Shown here piece by piece: positions 20,267 through 28,600 of a stretch of 64,000 bases of DNA. How positions within the stretch are numbered: the first letter of the stretch is position 1; every line of letters begins with the position of its first letter. Location: positions 124,001-188,000 of the IMG/VR virus record IMGVR_UViG_3300026097_000876; one strand, written 5' to 3'. The translations under genes and the position numbers were made by a program. The notes beneath the pieces were generated by a model. It did no database searches, was not told the DNA's origin, and was given only the letters and a program-made list of their open reading frames with translations.

Positions 20267-21315
20267 CTGCCGGTTCTTCCTAAAATTTGTGTAGGTTGAG
20301 TAGTCGAACTACTTGGAGAATGTACTACTCCGTGTGTTGGACAAACTTCTCCTTCGGTCGATGCTTTAAAATTTCCTGTATAGGATCTAGGCTTTCCTAG
20401 TCTTTTACGCACACTTTGGATAATGTCTTTAAAACTATTATCATCTAGTTCCATTACTTCGTCATTAAACCGTTCAATTTCTTCTTCCATTGTAAGTCTA
20501 ATAGGACTGAACTTACGCTTACCTTCGCCTAAGTCAATAATATCAAAATCAGAAGAACTAGGATAAGAAATATTAATAGGATATGTACTTCCGATAACAC
20601 TAGTACATGTTGTACCTAATGCTTTAGCCATGTGCTGTCCTAAACTATCGCACCCTATAAAATGGTCTGCAATTTGTATAACACTTGACCAAACTCTTAC
20701 ATCTGATATTTGCGGAACAGCAATTGGGATTGTTGTGTTTTCTTCTATTACAACTGGAAATTCGCTCATTACAATTACAGCATAATCATTACGTAAATCT
20801 TTACAAATACGTATCACATCATTAAGGTGAAAACTTCTACTAGTTCCATCAATTACAAAGTCTCCCATATTTTCAGCTGTTCGTCCAAAAGGCTGAAATA
20901 CAACTACTTTATCCTTACCTGTTACTGCTTTTACTTCTTCAACAACTTTATAACCATGAACAAGCTCGTGCTTATTCATATAAATTTTTGGATCTCCTAC
21001 TTCTCGTAATCCTTTATTGTTAATTGCAATATCAAATGCTTGTGCAAGGCTACATTTTTGATTATAATATTCCCAAACTCTATAAGGTTCTGGCGTAATA
21101 CAGTCTCTATCTTTAATATAATCTTTAAATAAATTTTTATGCCAATTATCAAAAGCCATTTCGTGTAAAAATGGATGCCCTTTATAAAAATCCATTCCAC
21201 CTTCACAAATAATAATAAAGTCTTGATCTTCTTCGTATAATTTTTCAAAAGCAGGAATAGAACAAACTACTCTACCGGCTCCACCGTTTATAAAATATGC
21301 TTTTTTTCTAGACAA
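20263..21315 (-). CDS. GT9-like (heptosyltransferase-type) glycosyltransferase
   Basis: GGAGRVVCSIPA (cf. GGxGD), VVVFQPFG, and IQIADHFIGCDSLGQHMAKALG..TSVIGST (cf. GT9 ADLFIGNDSG.MHLA.ALG). TTG start with an AGGAG RBS. Confidence 0.65.
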   Translation of the reverse strand: MSRKKAYFINGGAGRVVCSIPAFEKLYEEDQDFIIICEGGMDFYKGHPFLHEMAFDNWHKNLFKDYIKDRDCITPEPYRVWEYYNQKCSLAQAFDIAINNKGLREVGDPKIYMNKHELVHGYKVVEEVKAVTGKDKVVVFQPFGRTAENMGDFVIDGTSRSFHLNDVIRICKDLRNDYAVIVMSEFPVVIEENTTIPIAVPQISDVRVWSSVIQIADHFIGCDSLGQHMAKALGTTCTSVIGSTYPINISYPSSSDFDIIDLGEGKRKFSPIRLTMEEEIERFNDEVMELDDNSFKDIIQSVRKRLGKPRSYTGNFKASTEGEVCPTHGVVHSPSSSTTQPTQILGRTGS

Positions 21316-21338
21316 TGTAATGCTCCTAATTCTAAAAA

Positions 21339-21346
21339 TATTTATA
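21339..21346 (-). promoter_or_regulatory. Late promoter, perfect TATAAATA
   Basis: Exact T4 late consensus on the minus strand, 24 nt upstream of the GT9 start and downstream of a terminator. Confidence 0.75.
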
Positions 21347-21379
21347 GAAGCAAACTTAAAAATTAACTAATCTTGGTTC

Positions 21380-21414
21380 AAAAAAAATCCCTATACATTA
21401 CTGTACAGGGATTT
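21380..21414 (-). terminator. Rho-independent terminator
   Basis: Minus strand AAUCCCUGUACA-GUAA-UGUAUAGGGAUU followed by a U-tract, just after the chaperone gene. Confidence 0.75.
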
Positions 21415-21437
21415 AAATTTATAGTATTAAAAATATC

Positions 21438-22226
21438 TTATTTTTTACCGGCTGTTTTTTGTGCAGCAACTTTAACATCAACTGAAAAGGCACCATCTCT
21501 ATACGGATCTGATGGATCGGCTGACGAATCTGGCTCTCTCATATCTTTAGGGTAAACAGGAAACATCTGAATTGCTTGCCATGGCTCAAACCCTAAATCT
21601 TGCATTACAGATGGAAATTCTCTTAATCGTTGTCTAAACAAGATCCATTCATCTTGAAGTGATTGAGGAGCATCAGTCTGTCCAACCTTGGCATCTGTTT
21701 CTTGTAACATAGCGTCACGAACATCTCGTAACTCTTGCCATGTAAGATCCATTTTCGAGCCTGTGGCAGCCCAATCTCTTATGCCAATATTAAATTCACC
21801 TGTTTCAAAATCGTATGTAATATTATTATCATCGTAAATATCACGAGGTTCTACATCATCTGTGTACTCAACATCTGGGTGCCCGTCCGGTGCGTCCCAA
21901 AGAATTTCCCACTCGCGTTGACGTCTTTTTAATATCATATCATCGCGACCGCAATCATTTCCAATTTCACAGAGCAATGGCTGTTGTTTACAGTCTACAG
22001 TAACTCTTGTGATATCAGCACCTGATGGACGTTCAAGATCTCTCTTTTCCCATAAGCACCAACCCGATTCAGTACCGTAATCTTCACTGTCCGGATCGCT
22101 GTTAACTTCAAAGGTTAAAAACTCTGGTCCGTTATAAGTAAATGTGTCGGTTTTTCCTTCTGTAAAACTGTTTGTTCTCCATTCGTCCCACACAGGATAT
22201 GTAAACTCTATACTAATTTTTCTCAT
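21438..22226 (-). CDS. Tail fibre assembly chaperone-like protein
   Basis: C-terminal WQELRDVRDAMLQETD....DAP....EWILFRQRLREFP matches the phage tail assembly chaperone R..R..LL.ETD...D.P...W..YRQ.LRD.P pattern; directly follows the Cys-rich trio. Confidence 0.7.
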   Translation of the reverse strand: MRKISIEFTYPVWDEWRTNSFTEGKTDTFTYNGPEFLTFEVNSDPDSEDYGTESGWCLWEKRDLERPSGADITRVTVDCKQQPLLCEIGNDCGRDDMILKRRQREWEILWDAPDGHPDVEYTDDVEPRDIYDDNNITYDFETGEFNIGIRDWAATGSKMDLTWQELRDVRDAMLQETDAKVGQTDAPQSLQDEWILFRQRLREFPSVMQDLGFEPWQAIQMFPVYPKDMREPDSSADPSDPYRDGAFSVDVKVAAQKTAGKK

Positions 22227-22245
22227 TTATTCTAACTCCTAAAAG

Positions 22246-22252
22246 TATTTAT
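22246..22252 (-). promoter_or_regulatory. Late promoter (ATAAATA)
   Basis: Motif between the stop of Cys-rich paralog 1 and the RBS of the chaperone gene. Confidence 0.55.
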
Positions 22253-22258
22253 CCGTTA

Positions 22259-23095
22259 TTACATGAATGTGATTCGTACTATACCAGAACCGCCCTGGCC
22301 CGAACCACCTCCACAACATTTCGCCCAATTACCGCAATATGAACTGTAACCTGCTTGGCCTCCGCCTGCTGGCCAGTCAATGTGACACCCACATGAGCAC
22401 CAAGAAACGTTAGTTACACCTACTTGCATTTTACCAATCATTGGCGGTGAACCTGAAAATGAATACGAATAGTTACAATGACATCCGCCATGTCCTGGTT
22501 CTGTGCCCGATGTGCCCATCATACCAAAATCTGCACCAAAAATACCGCAAATATTACAATTACCACATGTATGTGTGTGTCTTGGACCCCAAGCATCACC
22601 GTTACACATCCAGCCGCCACAGCCGCCTACTGTACAAAAATTTGATAAATTATGTCCGTTTACATATGACTTACATCCCATGCCTGCACCACAAGTATGT
22701 GATTTACCACAAGGCCAACTACCACCTGCGCAAACACTATATTGACAACCTGGACTAGTTTCAACAGTTTTTGATGCATAATTTCCGCCGGATCCGCCGA
22801 TACTAAATGAACAGTTGTTACAACAAGTCATGCCAGGGCCTCCGCCTCCGCCACTCCATATTTCAAATGTTACAGTTGATACTCCGTCTGGTACACACCA
22901 ATAGCAACATTTGCCATTTGCTTGTTCACAACAACCACTTTGTCTGGCACACGAGTGGCAGGCCATGCCACGTGCGTTATAGACCCATTGTACTCCATAG
23001 TTATTACCATTTCCGTGTGCAATATCACTATCTTGAATAGTTCCGTCTACTAAACTGTCATTGTCTACTTTTTTATAACTTGCATATGTTGCCAT
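22259..23095 (-). CDS. Cys/Gly-rich putative fibre-tip protein, paralog 1
   Basis: About 29 Cys in 278 aa; glycine-rich-domain scaffold TFEIWSGGGGG...GGSGG.Y...AGG...GGSGIVRIT. Confidence 0.75.
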   Translation of the reverse strand: MATYASYKKVDNDSLVDGTIQDSDIAHGNGNNYGVQWVYNARGMACHSCARQSGCCEQANGKCCYWCVPDGVSTVTFEIWSGGGGGPGMTCCNNCSFSIGGSGGNYASKTVETSPGCQYSVCAGGSWPCGKSHTCGAGMGCKSYVNGHNLSNFCTVGGCGGWMCNGDAWGPRHTHTCGNCNICGIFGADFGMMGTSGTEPGHGGCHCNYSYSFSGSPPMIGKMQVGVTNVSWCSCGCHIDWPAGGGQAGYSSYCGNWAKCCGGGSGQGGSGIVRITFM

Positions 23096-23105
23096 TTATT
23101 TTTTC

Positions 23106-23942
23106 CTATGCGTATGTAATTCTGACCATGCCTGATCCACCCATATTGCCGCCGGCACAACATTTTGCCCAATTGCCGCAATATGAACTTTGTCCTGTTT
23201 GACCGCCACCTGCTGGCCAATTTGTATAGCAAGCACAGTTACACCATGCTTCTGCGTTTGCTCCTGCTGTATGCTTACCAACAAAAGGTGCAACTCCACT
23301 CATACCCCAGTCACCCGATTTACATTGACAACCACCGTGACCACCGGATACTCCAGTTGAGCCCATAATACCAAAATCTGCACCAAAAATGCCACAAATA
23401 TTACAGTTAGCACATGTTTGTGTGTGTCTTGGTCCCCATGCGTCGCCATTACACATCCAGCCAGGGCAACCGCCTGTTGTGCAGAAGTTACTTAAATTAT
23501 ATCCGTTTACATATGAACGGCAACCCATGCCTGCTGTACATGTGTGTGACTTTGAACAAGGCCAAGTTCCTCCAGCACATACTTGATACTGACAACCTGG
23601 ACATGTACTAATTGTTTTAACAGCATAGTTCCCGCCGCTACCACCTGCGGAGTGCATACAATAGTTACAGCAAGTAGAACCTGCTCCTGCACCGCCTCCA
23701 CTCCAAATTTCAAAAGTTACCTTTGATGCTCCATCTGGTACACACCAATAGCAACATCTACCATTTGCTTGTTCACAGCAGTCGCCGGCGTCAGCACAGT
23801 GTTGACAAGCCATGCCACGAGTATTGTATACCCATAATACATTATACTTGTTACCGGCTTGCGGTCCTAATTTCTCAGCTGTAATAGCATTATCGCTAAA
23901 GTTATCTGCTGTTAAAGTTTTATAACTTGCATATGTTGCCAT
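23106..23942 (-). CDS. Cys/Gly-rich putative fibre-tip protein, paralog 2
   Basis: Same Cys framework and length as paralog 1. Confidence 0.75.
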   Translation of the reverse strand: MATYASYKTLTADNFSDNAITAEKLGPQAGNKYNVLWVYNTRGMACQHCADAGDCCEQANGRCCYWCVPDGASKVTFEIWSGGGAGAGSTCCNYCMHSAGGSGGNYAVKTISTCPGCQYQVCAGGTWPCSKSHTCTAGMGCRSYVNGYNLSNFCTTGGCPGWMCNGDAWGPRHTQTCANCNICGIFGADFGIMGSTGVSGGHGGCQCKSGDWGMSGVAPFVGKHTAGANAEAWCNCACYTNWPAGGGQTGQSSYCGNWAKCCAGGNMGGSGMVRITYA

Positions 23943-23952
23943 TTATCTTTTC

Positions 23953-24792
23953 CTATACATAAGTAATTTTTACAATTCCGGAGCCGCCTTGTCCGGAGCC
24001 ACCTGCACAACATTTTGCCCAATTGTCGCAATAACTAGATGTTCCGGGCGTTCCTCCGCCTGCTGGCCAATTAACGTGACAACCGCAAGCACACCATGCT
24101 TCGTTGGTCATTGTTGCTAAATGCATACCAATACCTGCAGCTGCGCCCGTCCAGCTTGTTTGTCCGTGACATCTACAAGTAGTAGTACCTGCTTTAATAC
24201 CAGCACTACCAGACATTCCAAAATCTGCACCAAAGATGCCACAAATTCTACAGTTAGCACAGTTTGATACAGCGTGTCTTTGACCCCAAGCGTCTCCGTT
24301 ACACATCCATCCGCCGCAGCCTCCGTCAGTGCAAAAATTAGATAAGTTATGTCCATTTACGTATGACTTACATCCCATACCTGCTGTACATGTGTGTGAT
24401 TTACCACAAGGCCAACTACCACCTGCACATACTTGATACTGACAACCAGGAGTGGTATCAACGGTTTTAATGGCATAGTTTCCGCCAAATCCACCAACTG
24501 CAAAACTACAATTGTTACAACATGTGTGTCCGGGGCCACCACCGCCTCCACTCCATATTTCAAAAGTTACTTTATATACATTGTCAGGTACACACCAATA
24601 GCAACATCTACCATTTGCTTGTTCACAACAACCACTTTGTCTGGCGCATTGTTGACAAGCCATGCCACGTGTGTTATAGACCCATTGTACTCTACGACAA
24701 GCACCGGCACCTGCAGCTAATTTATCCGAGGTAATAGTGCCTTCTGGAATACCGTCTGATGTTATTTTTTTATAACTTGCATATGATGCCAT
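23953..24792 (-). CDS. Cys/Gly-rich putative fibre-tip protein, paralog 3
   Basis: Same Cys framework; 279 aa. Confidence 0.75.
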   Translation of the reverse strand: MASYASYKKITSDGIPEGTITSDKLAAGAGACRRVQWVYNTRGMACQQCARQSGCCEQANGRCCYWCVPDNVYKVTFEIWSGGGGGPGHTCCNNCSFAVGGFGGNYAIKTVDTTPGCQYQVCAGGSWPCGKSHTCTAGMGCKSYVNGHNLSNFCTDGGCGGWMCNGDAWGQRHAVSNCANCRICGIFGADFGMSGSAGIKAGTTTCRCHGQTSWTGAAAGIGMHLATMTNEAWCACGCHVNWPAGGGTPGTSSYCDNWAKCCAGGSGQGGSGIVKITYV

Positions 24793-24810
24793 TCTATAGT
24801 TCCTTAAATA

Positions 24811-25260
24811 TTATACAGCAAAGATACGCCAGCCGTATGTGTCACCTGAATAAACTAAATCAAATGATGCGCCTTCTGAATCAACAGTCATATCAGCAGC
24901 ATCGCCTTGAATTAGATTAGAGTTTCTACCTATTGTTAGTGCGTTAGAATCAAACGTTTTACGAATGTCATAAAACCTAACAATATCGCCCATAGACGGT
25001 GAAGCAGGAAGCGTAATTGTAAACGCACCACTGTTTGTATCAACAAACAACTGTTCTCCTGAATTAGCATTATACGCGGTTGTAACCATTTTACCGTTCA
25101 ATACTCCCACAGGTATCCAAGCAGTTCCATTATATAGTTCTAATACGTTAATTTCTGTGTTAAAACGTATAGATCCTGCTCCAGCATCTTCAGTTCGCTG
25201 TGCTGTATTACCAAAAGGAACAGTTAACCCTGGTGAACCGATTGAAATTCTTCTACCCAT
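24811..25260 (-). CDS. Small fibre-type structural protein (149 aa)
   Basis: P.GNTAQR...G.IRFNT....LELYNG..W motif shared with the C-termini of the 36165-39881 and 40018-44073 products; VDTNSGAFTITLPASPS.GD fibre motif. Confidence 0.7.
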   Translation of the reverse strand: MGRRISIGSPGLTVPFGNTAQRTEDAGAGSIRFNTEINVLELYNGTAWIPVGVLNGKMVTTAYNANSGEQLFVDTNSGAFTITLPASPSMGDIVRFYDIRKTFDSNALTIGRNSNLIQGDAADMTVDSEGASFDLVYSGDTYGWRIFAV

Positions 25261-25275
25261 AGTATTTTCCTATCC

Positions 25276-25602
25276 TTATGCCGCTGGTACGGCTGTTTCA
25301 ATTCCCATAACTACTGCTGTTACACTAGTTTGAGACGATCTAACTATGATCTTTTTTGTTGCGTCTACAACAATACCAGTTCTTTCAAGCACGCCGTTTG
25401 GGCCGATTGATGTATCATACTCTAGATAATCTGCCGCTCCCGGAGTGTCTGTTGTTGATACTGCCAGTCTTACGTTTGATGTGTTACTTCCTCTATTACA
25501 GAAAGAAACAGTAACAACGCTATAAGTGTCTGCTGGAACAGTATACGCTGTAGTGTCTGTTGCTGCACTTAGATCGTTTGATCCTAAAATTCCTGATGCC
25601 AT
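25276..25602 (-). CDS. Small virion protein, YTVP family (108 aa)
   Basis: YTVPA...V....CN motif; paralog of 35825-36154 and 44633-44977. Confidence 0.65.
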   Translation of the reverse strand: MASGILGSNDLSAATDTTAYTVPADTYSVVTVSFCNRGSNTSNVRLAVSTTDTPGAADYLEYDTSIGPNGVLERTGIVVDATKKIIVRSSQTSVTAVVMGIETAVPAA

Positions 25603-25635
25603 TTTTCTATTACTCCTATCGTTAGTATTTAGCCA

Positions 25636-28600
25636 TTAAGTCTTGCTTGTCATAAAGTATGCAAACGCGACCGGTGATCCTGATACTCCACCGTTAAAAT
25701 TCATACCAGTTGTAACAGTAATTGGCGAATTATCAGTTGTACTAATTGTATTTCCTGTAATATTTATTTTACCTGCTGTTACAGCGTTAACGTTCAGAGA
25801 ACTACTTCCTCCACCAATTTGTGAATTAATGTAAGTAATAATTGCTCTTTGCGTTGGAACAACGTTATCTGAATTTGCACTCATTGTACCATCAGTACTA
25901 AATTCATTAATAACTGCTCCGCCTTGTCCTAGACCAACTGCGCCTAGTGACAATTCTTGTAGTCCTGCAAGACTGAATGCACTTGTATTCAAACTTGCTG
26001 AACCTGTTGATTGCTCAACGTTAAACAATCTACCAACTCGGAAGTTACCGTCTTGGTCAGTTGATGTGTAGAACACTCGTCCGCCACCAAATTCTTTTAC
26101 TTCGTCATTTGGATCATTCGCATATTGCGGTGTACCCGGATAGTTTGTTTCTGTAAAGTTACCTGTACCGATATCAAGGAAATCGTGTCCCGTTAATCGT
26201 ACTTGGCTATATCTTCTTCTAATAGTAATATTAGTACCATGTTCAGGTGCTGTTTCGATACCAAGATCTGGAGATACCTGTAAATTAGCTGTATAGTTTC
26301 CTGGACTACCTAGCAATTCTCTAACAAATACAACTTTAAAGAATCTATCATCGCCGTCTAGTTGTAGATTTGCACCTTCAGTTGGAATATCGCTCATTCC
26401 GTATACGTTTAAGAAGTTTGCTGATTGATAGCTATCTGCATAGCCGTCGCCGTCTACAGTAGCACTTGCTGTTTCAAAGTCTGTTCCTCTAGCTGACCAT
26501 GTTGGCTGTGTTAGCACACCGTCACCTACTCTAACTTCGTAAGGTACAGTTAGCGTCTCACTTGGATCTGTAATTGTTAGTGTTGGAAGTGTAACATTAC
26601 TATAACCCGAACCTGGATTTACAATATAAAATTGTGTAATTCTTTCATCTGCCACTTCTGCTCTAACAAATGCGCCAGAACCACTTTCACTAACTACTTC
26701 AACTCTAGGTTCAATAGTGTATGCTGTAGTTGCGTCAAGAGTTGTTTCTACTGAATTACTATGGTGGAAATTATCCCAACCAGCTGATAGATCAGATTCT
26801 TTAGCAATGCTAGCAACTTTTGTGCCCGAGTTGTATGCTGTAATAATACCATATTGACCTGCGCCTGTACCTGCTGTAATTACAATTCTCATACCAATAT
26901 ATTTGGTATTGTTAGCAGTTTCAGTATTTGACAATGTGATAGAATCAACTCCGCCGCCCTGTGCTGTGTTCGAAGCGGTAGTATATCCTCTACCACCTTG
27001 TGTATCAGGATCGTTAAGTGTTCCATCACTATCAGTATCGTTTTCACTAAATGTTGACCCGTCATCTGGGTTGCGAAGTCTAACTTCAAAAATACCGCCG
27101 TTAACAACATTTGCAGAATCAACTACTGCACCAAATCCATTACCACTAATGGTGTAAGTTGCTGTAGAATAGTTATTACCAGCATTAGTGTATTCTAGAT
27201 GTATAATTTCACTACCGTCAGTTAATCCTCTACCAACTTGTGCTTCTAACTTTCTGTTGTTTACACCACCAGTAACAGGTATTTCAGTAACATCAATAAA
27301 CTCAGACACAGCACCGTGATCACCGTATGAACAGTTACCGTTAGTACCACGAATCTTGCCGCCGTTTTCTGCAAGATAGCCGATGTGTCCGTAGTACGAG
27401 AATATAGATACAAGTTCTGCTCTACCTAAGTTGGTTATCCATGCACCAATACCGTCACTTAAAATTTGCGTAAAGTCGTTAGCAACAATTGAATCGTTGC
27501 CGCCATTGTGTATTGCACCGTCAACTTTTAATCCTACACATGCTGTACCAAAAGTTGATACGCCTTGCACATAAGGTGATCGTGTTAAAATCCAAACACG
27601 GTCATCGTCTGGACCCCAGCCTGGATCAAGTGAACAATATGCACCCGCTGACGGACGTCTTGTTCCGTATTCGTTAGGCGAACCTAGTGTTCCTGATAAC
27701 CCGCCTAATGTTTGATTTCTAATACCAGTTGCATCTCGTAACAAATACATATTTTCTAGTGTCGATCCATTAACACTATTACCGTATATATGGCCTGCCA
27801 TTAATGTGGCATAGTTACTACCTTCACTTACTCCGTAAATTAAATCATAAATGAATGCGTCTACATAATGTTTAACATCTTTTTCACAAGCTACTGTGTC
27901 AAAGCTATAAGCAGGGAAGTTGTCTTCAATATATTTTGTAACATCTCTTGCCATATAGTCTTTGTTTAGCATCAACAATCTTGCTGCTGCAAATTTGTCT
28001 TCATCATCGACTCTTTCATTACGTCCTCTAAATCTTGGAGCTGTTGAATCACCCGAAGCGCCATTAACTTCATAATCTATTTTGTCATATAGCTCTTGGC
28101 ATAGGTCACTAAGAATTGTACCAACTGCCGTTGTACTAAGAGGATTAGAATCGTCTTGTGTTAGCGTATTACCAGTTTGTTCTGTTACGTCGTTACCTTC
28201 AACAATATCACTAATAATGCTCTTTAGATGTAGAATGCCTGCCAAACTATAAGTTGTATCACCAGAATCTGTTACAGACCCTGCTGGCTCTACTCTAGTT
28301 GAACGAAGTTCATCGCCTACAACAGCTACTCTTTCTGGTACTCTAATTGGAAGTACTTCTCTATATGTACCGGTTTTAACAAAAACAACTTTGTGATTTT
28401 TTACTTCAGTTGGCAATGTATATCCGCCACCTAATGTAATTGCATTTGTAATTACTTCCATATTAGCTGTAAGCTCAGTCAACGCATTTGATTCTTCTGG
28501 TTTTGTTGTGTCTTTAATTTGCAAGTAACGATCATTTGCTGCAACACTATCCAGTGCTTGGTAATCAGCTGGAGGAGTAGCATTATCTAAAACATCTTCA

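Noticed and set aside
22259-24792. Diversity-generating retroelement (TR/VR) among the Cys-rich repeats
   Set aside because: No reverse transcriptase in the window; all three copies are full ORFs and the differences are not adenine-specific.
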